NCBI GenBank assembly: GCA_038064495.1
Contig: JBBTSZ010000002.1
Span: 413,524 to 447,832 of the forward strand
DNA length: 34,309 nucleotides
Origin: Patescibacteria group bacterium
GTDB taxonomy: Bacteria > Patescibacteriota > Minisyncoccia > Phycocordibacterales > Phycocordibacteraceae
Direction of reading: 5' to 3'
A program made the position numbers and the translations under genes. The notes under the pieces were generated by a model that ran no database searches, was not told where the DNA came from, and saw only the letters and a program-made list of their open reading frames with translations. This document shows, piece by piece, positions 27,281 to 34,290 of this stretch (positions are counted from its first letter, which is position 1; each line of letters starts with the position of its first letter).

Positions 27281-27670
27281 TTACTTGCCGCTTTCGAAAA
27301 GCGTACTGCAAACTTGGAAGCCCACCTTCGCGTAGACTGCGTCGATGCTGGCGTCGTTGTCCTCAGCCAGTCGTTGAGCGAGCCTGTTCACGTACGAGCA
27401 GAAAGCCCGAAGTTGACTCGGCTTGATGTCCCGAAAGGGTATCATCAGCTTGTACTGGGCGGAATACCCTCGTACATCAGGGGGAAGGGCGTACCAGTCA
27501 CCGCCGTGTTCGGGTGAGTCGCGCCACTGCTCGCTTGAATCAATGATCTCCCTCAAGCGCTTTGTGAGCCTTCGGAAGAAACCTGACGAAAGACTCAGAT
27601 CAGACAACTGGATCATGATCTCAGCCTGCACGGGAAACGGAATTTGATTCCAATTTGGTGCGGTCTCCAC
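27281..27670 (-). CDS. Hypothetical protein (129 aa)
   Basis: GTG start with AGGAGG RBS; minus-strand TTGACA-N17-TATTAT at 27712-27740. Confidence 0.65.
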   Translation of the reverse strand: METAPNWNQIPFPVQAEIMIQLSDLSLSSGFFRRLTKRLREIIDSSEQWRDSPEHGGDWYALPPDVRGYSAQYKLMIPFRDIKPSQLRAFCSYVNRLAQRLAEDNDASIDAVYAKVGFQVCSTLFESGK

Positions 27671-27846
27671 TGGAGGACCTCCTTGTTAAAGGGCAAAAGT
27701 ACCCAAATACTATAATACCTAATATAACTGTGCTTGTCAAGTTTAGAAAGATTCCAATATAGTTCCAGAGCGGCACGTGGTTGTAGGCATATGGTCAAAT
27801 AGATTTCCGAGGTGTAGTCTTTTTGAGGTTAGTGAGGAGACACAAT

Positions 27847-27990
27847 ATGTGTGAATGTGACAGCCCTTTCTGCCAAGAGCACGGTTGTGTAATGGCAATG
27901 AGTCCCGAAACACGAGCAGAGTTGATGGCGGTCTACAATGAACTGAGGCCGAAATCGTGGCTACAACGGTTTCTAGACCTGTTCTCTTAG
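27847..27990 (+). CDS. Cys-rich small protein (47 aa), not in ORF track
   Basis: GAGGAG RBS; MCECDSPFCQEHGCVMAMSPETRAELMAVYNELRPKSWLQRFLDLFS*; terminator follows. Confidence 0.55.
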   Translation: MCECDSPFCQEHGCVMAMSPETRAELMAVYNELRPKSWLQRFLDLFS

Positions 27991-28014
27991 GTCAGAGCTG
28001 AGATTCGGAATATA

Positions 28015-28041
28015 GTCGGGGGAGAAATCCTCCGACTTTTT
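28015..28041 (+). terminator. Intrinsic terminator
   Basis: AGTCGGGGGA-GAAA-TCCTCCGACT followed by TTTT. Confidence 0.7.
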
Positions 28042-28142
28042 ATATACCAAAGTCCTAACATCGACCCAGACGACCAGAAATAAAGGTGTACTCGACCAAT
28101 GGCGGTATCCAGTCCCACACTCACATACGCTACAATGTGCGC

Positions 28143-28433
28143 ATGAGGCCCATAGGCGACTACTTACCCAAAGACCTCGCAACACAAAAAAAGTCTAAAA
28201 AGACCCAGCGCGGTGAGCTTATGCGTTTTTTTCAGCGACATTTGAACTACTCACGTGCCCACGACGGTCTTCCCCTCCTCACCATGAGTCGTATGGGAAA
28301 GATTCTAGAAGGCATTCCAACGGATGACTTGTACTATTTAAAATCAGTCTGTAGTCGTTCAAAGAATTTCAGTAAGAAGTTCTGGTGGGAACTTGACCCA
28401 GAACGTCACGAAACAGCGAACAAACCCTTTTAG
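28143..28433 (+). CDS. Basic hypothetical protein (96 aa)
   Basis: ATG 6 nt after TACAAT; TQRGELM..DLYYLKSVC..FSKKFWWEL looks like a real conserved protein. Confidence 0.7.
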   Translation: MRPIGDYLPKDLATQKKSKKTQRGELMRFFQRHLNYSRAHDGLPLLTMSRMGKILEGIPTDDLYYLKSVCSRSKNFSKKFWWELDPERHETANKPF

Positions 28434-28471
28434 ATACTTGACGTATAGGCAGTTTTGGTTCATTATTACGA

Positions 28472-28669
28472 TAGGTTGAGCGTGTTCATAAAGAGCTGCA
28501 CGCGAAGACCTGGTCATTCTGCGGCTTCCCCGCCCAAAGGATTGATCGGAGTCGTCGGCACCAAGCGCTGGAACATAGTCAGGTGGCGACGGCCATTTGA
28601 TTCCAAAGCATCGGTGCCGACGGCACCATCCCACAATTGCTCTTACGCCACCTCCCAAGGTGGTTTTTT
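28472..28669 (+). ncRNA. Candidate structured ncRNA (~190 nt, possibly 6S-like)
   Basis: TTGACG-N17-CATTAT promoter; nested stems 28491/28639, 28551/28613, 28569/28601, 28579/28592; terminator GCCACC..GGTGGTTTTTT. Confidence 0.5.
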
Positions 28670-28690
28670 GTTATAGTTTATTCACGCATC

Positions 28691-29221
28691 ATGCTTCCCG
28701 TACTTCAATCAGGCGACGCCCTACTTCGCACTCCCTCGGTCAGCGTACCTGAGGAACTTTTTGGTACCCAAGAACTGACCCAGATGGTTGAAGATATGGC
28801 AGAAACCTTACATCATGAACCTGATGGTGTGGCGCTTGCGGCGCCCCAGGTTGGTCTTCCCTACCGCATCTTCATTGTCCGCCATGACCGGATGTCTGAG
28901 ACACATGAAGTTGGCCAGGATAGTGAACCCATACTTGGCGTATTCATTAACCCGAAGTTTATAAAAACCTCACGTAAGCGAGTGGAAGTGCCTGAAGGCT
29001 GTCTTTCGGTTAAGAATGTGTACGGCACAACCATCCGCTACGAGCGAGCACTGATAGAAGCTCGAACTGTCGATGGCACACGCTTTGAACGTGGGGCTGG
29101 CGGCATCCTCGCTCAAGCCTTTCAACATGAAACTGATCACTTAGAGGGTATTTTGTTCATAGACCACGCGATTGATATGCATGAGAGTCACCTCCCGAGC
29201 ACCCATGAAGAAACTGCGTAA
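28691..29221 (+). CDS. def: Peptide deformylase
   Basis: GVALAAPQVG, EGCLS, QHETDHLEG. Confidence 0.97.
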   Translation: MLPVLQSGDALLRTPSVSVPEELFGTQELTQMVEDMAETLHHEPDGVALAAPQVGLPYRIFIVRHDRMSETHEVGQDSEPILGVFINPKFIKTSRKRVEVPEGCLSVKNVYGTTIRYERALIEARTVDGTRFERGAGGILAQAFQHETDHLEGILFIDHAIDMHESHLPSTHEETA

Positions 29222-30047
29222 GTTTATTTATTTCGGAACACCGTATGTGGCGAAAGATACACTTGCGCTTCTCTATGAGGCTGGCTACATCCCAGCGCTC
29301 GTCGTGACATCACCAGACGCTCCGAAGGGTCGTGGTATGACACTTACCCCAACCGAAACAAACGTACTTGCGAGTCAGCTTGGTATTCCGGTTATCACTC
29401 CTGAAAAGCTCACGAGTGAGGTGATAGCAGAACTCAAAGTATATGGCACGGACTACGCACTCGTCGTCGCCTATGGAAAACTCTTTCCACAAGAACTCAT
29501 AGATGTGTTCCCGCTTGGGGTCTTGAATATTCACTATTCCCTTTTGCCTAAGTATCGCGGTGCTTCGCCGGTTGAAAGTGCACTTTTCCATGGAGAAACC
29601 CGTACCGGAGTCAGCATACAAAAGATGGTCCTGAAAATGGATGCGGGAGACATTCTTGCACAGAAAGAAACGGCAATAGACCCGACCGAAACCACCAGGG
29701 AGCTTCGTCCGCGCCTCGTGCGCCTTGGTGCTGAACTTCTCCTTGAGGTACTGCCTGCATTTGAGGAAGAGATGACATCCTTCACCCCACAAAACGAGGC
29801 GGAAGCAGCACGCTCAGGAAAGATTAGAAAGGAAGATGGTGAACTTACCCTTACCGGCGATGCGAGGACGAATTGGAACAAGTACCGCGCGTATGCCGAG
29901 TCACCTGGTACGTACTTCTTTATGCAAAAGGTTGGAAAAGCTATCCGTGTGAAGATTAAAACTGCTTCGTTTGACGGTACGCACTTTAGCCCGCTCCGCG
30001 TTGTGCCGGAAGGAAAATCAGAGACGGACTACGCGAGCCTCGTATAG
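29205..30047 (+). CDS. fmt: Methionyl-tRNA formyltransferase
   Basis: YFGTP, PDAPKGRG, VVAYG, NIHYSLLPKYRGASP, MDAGDI. Confidence 0.96.
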   Translation: MKKLRKFIYFGTPYVAKDTLALLYEAGYIPALVVTSPDAPKGRGMTLTPTETNVLASQLGIPVITPEKLTSEVIAELKVYGTDYALVVAYGKLFPQELIDVFPLGVLNIHYSLLPKYRGASPVESALFHGETRTGVSIQKMVLKMDAGDILAQKETAIDPTETTRELRPRLVRLGAELLLEVLPAFEEEMTSFTPQNEAEAARSGKIRKEDGELTLTGDARTNWNKYRAYAESPGTYFFMQKVGKAIRVKIKTASFDGTHFSPLRVVPEGKSETDYASLV

Positions 30048-30416
30048 TTACGCGTCACGACCGAACCGGAAAAAGTCTTTGATGCGTGCCCCGCTTTTCT
30101 TGAGCGTGCTTTCACGCTTATTTTTTTCTGTCTTCAATTTCTCACCGAGCTCGCCGCTTGCCTTGTCGATGGCACTTCGGAGGCTTTCCGCAGTTGCTCG
30201 AACGTTGTACCGCGTTCCTTCCATATCCAAATTAAGTTCGGTAAACCAGACTTCCCCGTTTTGGTGCGCCTCACTCGTTTTTCCAAGGTCAGCATAGATG
30301 TAGACTGGCCGATCATTTTTTCCTAAATATTTTCTAAGGCTGAGGAGTTTCTTTGTTGCAAGGTCCGTCATTTCGGGACCCAGTTCGTAATTCGTAGCCT
30401 TAAATTGGATCTGCAT
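30048..30416 (-). CDS. hpf: Ribosome hibernation promoting factor (HPF/RaiA family)
   Basis: MQIQFKATNYEL..KKLLSLRKY..AESLRSAIDKA..KLKTEKNK pattern. Confidence 0.85.
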   Translation of the reverse strand: MQIQFKATNYELGPEMTDLATKKLLSLRKYLGKNDRPVYIYADLGKTSEAHQNGEVWFTELNLDMEGTRYNVRATAESLRSAIDKASGELGEKLKTEKNKRESTLKKSGARIKDFFRFGRDA

Positions 30417-30435
30417 AGGATGTTTCGATTAATTC

Positions 30436-30660
30436 TTAATCCGTAGCGACACTTATCATTTTAGACCGACTATGATGTCCTGTCAGGATGCGTACTGCAT
30501 TAGTTGGGACACCAAGCTCGCGTGCAATGAGGACGATAATACGGTCGTTGGCGCGATTTTGTATGGCTTCCTCTTTCACCGAGATGCGCCAATGAGTCTC
30601 GGTTACTTGAACGAGGGTTTCTTTCTTCGCGTCCGGTGTTGCTGTGATACGTAGGTACAT
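30436..30660 (-). CDS. DUF167/YggU family protein
   Basis: ATPDAKKE..VKEEAIQNRAN..ILTGHHSRSK. Confidence 0.88.
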   Translation of the reverse strand: MYLRITATPDAKKETLVQVTETHWRISVKEEAIQNRANDRIIVLIARELGVPTNAVRILTGHHSRSKMISVATD

Positions 30661-30666
30661 TCTCAA

Positions 30667-30903
30667 TTATGAGCCGAATTGCTTATGGAGATATTTCATA
30701 ATGTCATCGGATTCGTAAAGCATGGTGCTCGTCTCGTCATCCACCATAAATGGCATCTGTCTCTTCCCGCCAAGCTCCAGGAGTTCTGCGGCAAAGACGG
30801 GGTCATGGATGTCTTTCAAGATAAGTGGAGCCTCTACTTCCTTCGCGACCTCTACCGTTTTCGCGCAGTACGCACAGTTCGGGTTGATGTAGAGGGTTAT
30901 CAT
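30667..30903 (-). CDS. Glutaredoxin / GST N-terminal domain protein
   Basis: CAYC, GGKRQMPFMVD, YESDDIMKYL. Confidence 0.9.
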   Translation of the reverse strand: MITLYINPNCAYCAKTVEVAKEVEAPLILKDIHDPVFAAELLELGGKRQMPFMVDDETSTMLYESDDIMKYLHKQFGS

Positions 30904-30921
30904 ATCCCCGTAGTATAACCG

Positions 30922-30949
30922 TTGCCGAATACTCGTTTTCAGCTAGAAT
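30922..30949 (+). promoter_or_regulatory. Putative promoter for the GIY-YIG/tRNA-Asn unit
   Basis: TTGCCG-N16-TAGAAT. Confidence 0.45.
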
Positions 30950-30999
30950 AAGCCCTGCGCCACTTTTGGTGGCGCATTGTGCAGATTAAAGCAAGAAGT

Positions 31000-31045
31000 C
31001 ATTCCGCGGCTCGCCTCGCTGAGGCTTGGCGAAGCGGGTAGCTCA
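31000..31045 (+). repeat. Duplicate of tRNA-Asn 5' end interrupted by a 29-bp palindrome
   Basis: CATTCCGCGG[CTCGCCTCGCTGAGGCTTGGCGAAGCGGG]TAGCTCA versus CATTCCGCGGTAGCTCA at 31283-31299. Confidence 0.75.
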
Positions 31046-31049
31046 TATA

Positions 31050-31295
31050 ATGAAGCTGTATATTCTTAAAAGCGTTTCGTTTCCAAAAACGTATGTTGGT
31101 ATTACAGCAAATTTAGAGAGGAGGTTGAGAGAACATAACTCGGGACAAAGCACCTATAGCAAACGCTATAAACCATGGGAGTTGATTCATACAGAAGAAT
31201 TCGACACTATGTTTTTGGCTCGAATCCGTGAGAAGTTCTTCAAGACTGGTGCTGGTAGACGTGAAATTGCAAAGTTATTAGACATTCCGCGGTAG
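31050..31295 (+). CDS. Stand-alone GIY-YIG nuclease (81 aa)
   Basis: LYIL..TYVGIT.NLERRLREHN.G..Y.PWEL..E..AR.RE..FK; last codons and stop lie inside the tRNA 5' end. Confidence 0.92.
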   Translation: MKLYILKSVSFPKTYVGITANLERRLREHNSGQSTYSKRYKPWELIHTEEFDTMFLARIREKFFKTGAGRREIAKLLDIPR

Positions 31296-31319
31296 CTCAG
31301 TGGTAGAGCAGGTCGCTGT

Positions 31320-31873
31320 GGAGAAGGTTCCTGGTATACTCAAGTGTGTATGCCAGAGACAAGAACCTATGCCGACCGCCGAGAGTACTTGAAAGAGGCT
31401 GTTAAGAAGCGGCGAAAATTCCTTCGAGAAAAGGCTTGCGAGTACGGAGGCGGAAAGTGCATGATTTGTGGCTATAAGCGTTGTTCAGCTGCACTTGATT
31501 TTCACCACATCGATTCCAAAGCAAAAGAGTTTGGTTTGTCTGCAAATGGACTGACTCGCTCTTGGGAAAAGATGAAGGCTGAATTGGATAAGTGCGTCTT
31601 GATATGCGCCAACTGTCACAGAGAAGTACATGCAGGCATTGCGCAGCTTCCAACGGAAACGTTGGTTGAAAAACGAGGTGAATTCGGGGAAACCCTCACG
31701 CGAAAGCGCGGGCAATCCCGAGCCAAGCCTGTGCGAAAGCACAGGAAGGTGTAGAGACTATCCCGTAAGGGAGTACTTGGTCGCAAGATCTGGGAAGCGC
31801 CTCGCACCCACACTCATCAAGCGATGAACGGGTGATGATATAGTCCATACTTTCGGTAACGAAAGACCATATG
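31320..31873 (+). ncRNA. Group I self-splicing intron (554 nt) at tRNA position 35/36
   Basis: Exon ends in U, intron ends in G; IGS CGCAGC 31642-31647; P3 CGAGGTG/CGCCTCG; P4 TTCGGG/CCCGAG; P7 GACTAT/ATAGTC; P8 CACCC/GGGTG; P9 CTTTCG-GTAA-CGAAAG. Confidence 0.92.
31350..31754 (+). CDS. Intron-encoded HNH homing endonuclease (134 aa)
   Basis: CMICGY..LDFHH..CVLICANCHREVH zinc-finger HNH signature; starts in the P1 loop and reads into the ribozyme core. Confidence 0.9.
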   Translation: MPETRTYADRREYLKEAVKKRRKFLREKACEYGGGKCMICGYKRCSAALDFHHIDSKAKEFGLSANGLTRSWEKMKAELDKCVLICANCHREVHAGIAQLPTETLVEKRGEFGETLTRKRGQSRAKPVRKHRKV

Positions 31874-31920
31874 TAACGACTTGGTCGTAGGTTCGAATCC
31901 TACCCGCGGAGCTTGTTAGG

Positions 31921-31944
31921 AAAATCGCCCTTTGGGGCGATTTT
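31921..31944 (+). terminator. Hairpin/terminator after tRNA-Asn
   Basis: AAAATCGCCC-TTTG-GGGCGATTTT. Confidence 0.7.
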
Positions 31945-31949
31945 GCGTT

Positions 31950-32085
31950 ACGAGCTCCCGGAGTGAGCACCGCATGCTCACGAGTAGGATTCGAAGATGT
32001 TGCGAGCATTTAGCAAAGCAAAATCCACAACGTGTACAGGTCCTGTAAGTACCGAAAGCGTACTCGCGCTCTTACCCGCGGAACT
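31950..32085 (+). repeat. tRNA-Asn 3'-end duplication (inverted copy 31950-31995, direct copy 32070-32085)
   Basis: CGAGTAGGATTCGAA matches the reverse complement of 31892-31906 at 14/15; TCTTACCCGCGGAACT matches 31898-31913 at 14/16. Confidence 0.8.
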
Positions 32086-32111
32086 AGACATAACTACTAT
32101 TTTCAGTATAG

Positions 32112-32969
32112 TTGCCTCACGTGAAGCGCGCTCCATTGTTTGTTCTCCTTCTCGCCGCTTTCCTGATATTCAGCGGCTTTGTGTTCTGGGACCAATTTCC
32201 ATTCTTCCTCTCTGCTACTCAACCCGCAGCAGTAGTACATTCTGATAGCGCGACTTCAACACTTCCAACCATTCCAGAAGCACAACCCTTTCTCTTTCAA
32301 TACCTTGAGGTGGTTGATGGATGCGGTCCGTATTATCAGGGCACGTGTGTGAACATGCGCTCAGGTCCTGGAATTGAGTATGGAGTGGTAGAACGTCTAC
32401 GCACCGGTATGGTTTTGAAGATTGCAGGGACCGTACAGGGTACTGATGGCAAACAGTGGTACGAGATAGCGCAGGATTCCTCCATTCGTTATCCGGAACG
32501 CATTTCAAGCAAGTGGTACGTGCAAGCAGATGCAGTCACCGAGTTTAATGATGACGGCGATCATCGCATTAAGAAGGGTGATGCATTCACGACAACGAAG
32601 CGCATTGTCGTAGATCTCTCACAAGAAGTCCTCTATGCATACAATGGTGACATTCTGTATATGCAGGAGCCCATTTCAACCGGACTCGACTTTACACCAA
32701 CTCCACGCGGTACCTTTACGGTGTACGCAATGACTCCAAGTCGCTATATGCAAGGACCGCTCCCTGGCGTCTCCGCCCAAGCCTATGATTTACCTGGAGT
32801 ACCCTGGAATCTTTACTTCACACAAGATGGCGCCGTGATTCACGGGGCATATTGGCATGACCATTTCGGTCAGTCCTGGTCTCACGGCTGCGTCAACTTA
32901 TCGCCAAAAAATGCGAAACGTCTCTACGAGTGGGCTGAACTCGGAATTACCGTTACCGTCGTAAATTAG
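32112..32969 (+). CDS. L,D-transpeptidase (YkuD) with SH3-like domain
   Basis: N-terminal TM; VNMRSGPG..WYEI SH3b-like; IVVDLS, TPTPRG, IHGAYWH..SHGCVNL; start codon uncertain. Confidence 0.92.
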   Translation: MPHVKRAPLFVLLLAAFLIFSGFVFWDQFPFFLSATQPAAVVHSDSATSTLPTIPEAQPFLFQYLEVVDGCGPYYQGTCVNMRSGPGIEYGVVERLRTGMVLKIAGTVQGTDGKQWYEIAQDSSIRYPERISSKWYVQADAVTEFNDDGDHRIKKGDAFTTTKRIVVDLSQEVLYAYNGDILYMQEPISTGLDFTPTPRGTFTVYAMTPSRYMQGPLPGVSAQAYDLPGVPWNLYFTQDGAVIHGAYWHDHFGQSWSHGCVNLSPKNAKRLYEWAELGITVTVVN

Positions 32970-33019
32970 CACAATACAAAAAGCTTGCGCTCACTGTATA
33001 TATACGAGATGATTACCCG

Positions 33020-33625
33020 ATGAAATTGTTCTTGGGCCTATTATTCTCTGTATTCTCAGGTGTTCCTCCTTCAGCACAAGCTGCCGTGATACCTCCTACA
33101 CCAGTTCCAAGTACTGTATCGGTTCCGTTCTACTCGCAATTTAAAGATATAACTTCTACAAAATGGCAGAAGGTCGGTTGCGGTATCGCAAGCCTCGCAA
33201 TGGTTATTGACTACTACAAACCGGCGGTTCCGGTAAACACGTTGTTAACTGAAGCAGTAGGGCTTGGTGCATATTCTAATGCTGGCTGGACATACGCGGG
33301 ACTTATAGCGACATCTAAGAAACATGGAATGCAGGGTATCGCCTATGACTTAAGCTCCTCCGACATGAAGTCGGCATACGCACAGTTCAGTAAGAAACTT
33401 GATGGCGGTCCTGTTATTGCGTCAGTACATTATAAATTTGACCCAAAGAGTACTGTTCCTCATCTGGTAGTGATAAATAAAATTAAAGATGGTGTCGTCT
33501 ATTACAACGATCCTGCAGCAAAGAACGGAGGGAAAACTATTTCAGTTACTGACTTTCAAAAGGCATGGAAGAAACGTTACATCGTAATTCGTCCGGAAAC
33601 GGTATCAAAACTCGCACTGAAATAA
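33020..33625 (+). CDS. Secreted C39-like peptidase
   Basis: Signal peptide; VPFYSQ, GCGIASLAMV, PVIASV, HLVVI, YYNDPA. Confidence 0.9.
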   Translation: MKLFLGLLFSVFSGVPPSAQAAVIPPTPVPSTVSVPFYSQFKDITSTKWQKVGCGIASLAMVIDYYKPAVPVNTLLTEAVGLGAYSNAGWTYAGLIATSKKHGMQGIAYDLSSSDMKSAYAQFSKKLDGGPVIASVHYKFDPKSTVPHLVVINKIKDGVVYYNDPAAKNGGKTISVTDFQKAWKKRYIVIRPETVSKLALK

Positions 33626-33639
33626 TAACTGGTGTTTAA

Positions 33640-33680
33640 TTATCCCCACTTTTATTCACAGTTTGTAAACAGTGTCCACA
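33640..33680 (+). promoter_or_regulatory. DnaA-box-like cluster
   Basis: TTATCCCCA (33640), TTATTCACA (33652), GTGTCCACA (33672). Confidence 0.35.
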
Positions 33681-33805
33681 ATTGCGTCCCTGAAACTCGT
33701 TGCTACCCTATACCTACCGGCAGAGGTCAAACTCTGTTGGGGCACACAAGAAAGAACTGTTATGCAAATAACACCATCCTCTTGTGAGACTCTTGAGTCA
33801 GTCCT

Positions 33806-34021
33806 TTGAATGTGTGTGCGGCTTGTGTGCGTCATTTCTCTTCCCTTGGGAAGCGGTCACGACTGCAGGAAATCCGACAAGTCATCACATATGCGTTCGA
33901 GATGCACGGACCTCGGTTCACGCAAAGAGGATCTACGGTACCCTCTCGGGCTGAAATCAACGTCAACGTAAAAGTCGCCTTCGGGCGATTTTTACGTTTC
34001 CCTACTAGCAATTCTCACTAG
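33806..34021 (+). CDS. Possible hypothetical protein or gene fragment
   Basis: 71-aa ORF with TTG start and no clear RBS. Confidence 0.3.
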   Translation: MNVCAACVRHFSSLGKRSRLQEIRQVITYAFEMHGPRFTQRGSTVPSRAEINVNVKVAFGRFLRFPTSNSH

Positions 34022-34074
34022 GGCTCCCTGTTGTATACTCACTCCAGAACCTGATCAAGAAGGGAGAGCAATCC

Positions 34075-34290
34075 ATGTCATGCCAACATAAAGAGCTTCA
34101 ATTTAGCTCAGGAGATTACTACATCCTGTGTACTGAATGTAGTAGAAAGTGGGCGACGGTAAACCCCGAACGACCGGAATATGGTGAAGACAAATATGGT
34201 CGGCAAGTTGGTGCAGATCCAACGATTGCAAACCAACGCTTTATTCCAAACGGACGCCTCGTCTTTGTGGATTATTCTGATGGGAAGTAA
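34075..34290 (+). CDS. Small hypothetical protein, possible zinc ribbon
   Basis: AGGGAG RBS; CQH..CTEC pattern. Confidence 0.6.
   Translation: MSCQHKELQFSSGDYYILCTECSRKWATVNPERPEYGEDKYGRQVGADPTIANQRFIPNGRLVFVDYSDGK

Larger units (their letters stand above)
31286..31911 (+). tRNA. tRNA-Asn(GTT), intron-split; exons 31286-31319 and 31874-31911
   Basis: Joined exons give TCCGCGG/CCGCGGA acceptor, GCTC/GAGC D-stem, GGTCG-CTGT^TAA-CGACT anticodon arm, GTAGG-TTCGAAT-CCTAC T-arm, discriminator G. Confidence 0.93.

Noticed and set aside
28570-28610. SRP RNA (ffs) because of GTCAGGT
   Set aside because: Lacks the GGAA tetraloop and AGCAG partner of SRP domain IV.
31286-31330. Reading the tRNA as uninterrupted with a GTG (His) anticodon
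   Set aside because: The 3' anticodon stem, T-arm and acceptor strand occur only at 31874-31911; group I splice rules (exon U, terminal G) give GTT/Asn.
33762-34021. prfB-like CTT-TGA programmed frameshift joining a 15-codon ORF to the downstream ORF
   Set aside because: The 71-aa ORF would need a -1 shift rather than +1, and there is no internal SD; a sequencing error or pseudogene cannot be excluded.
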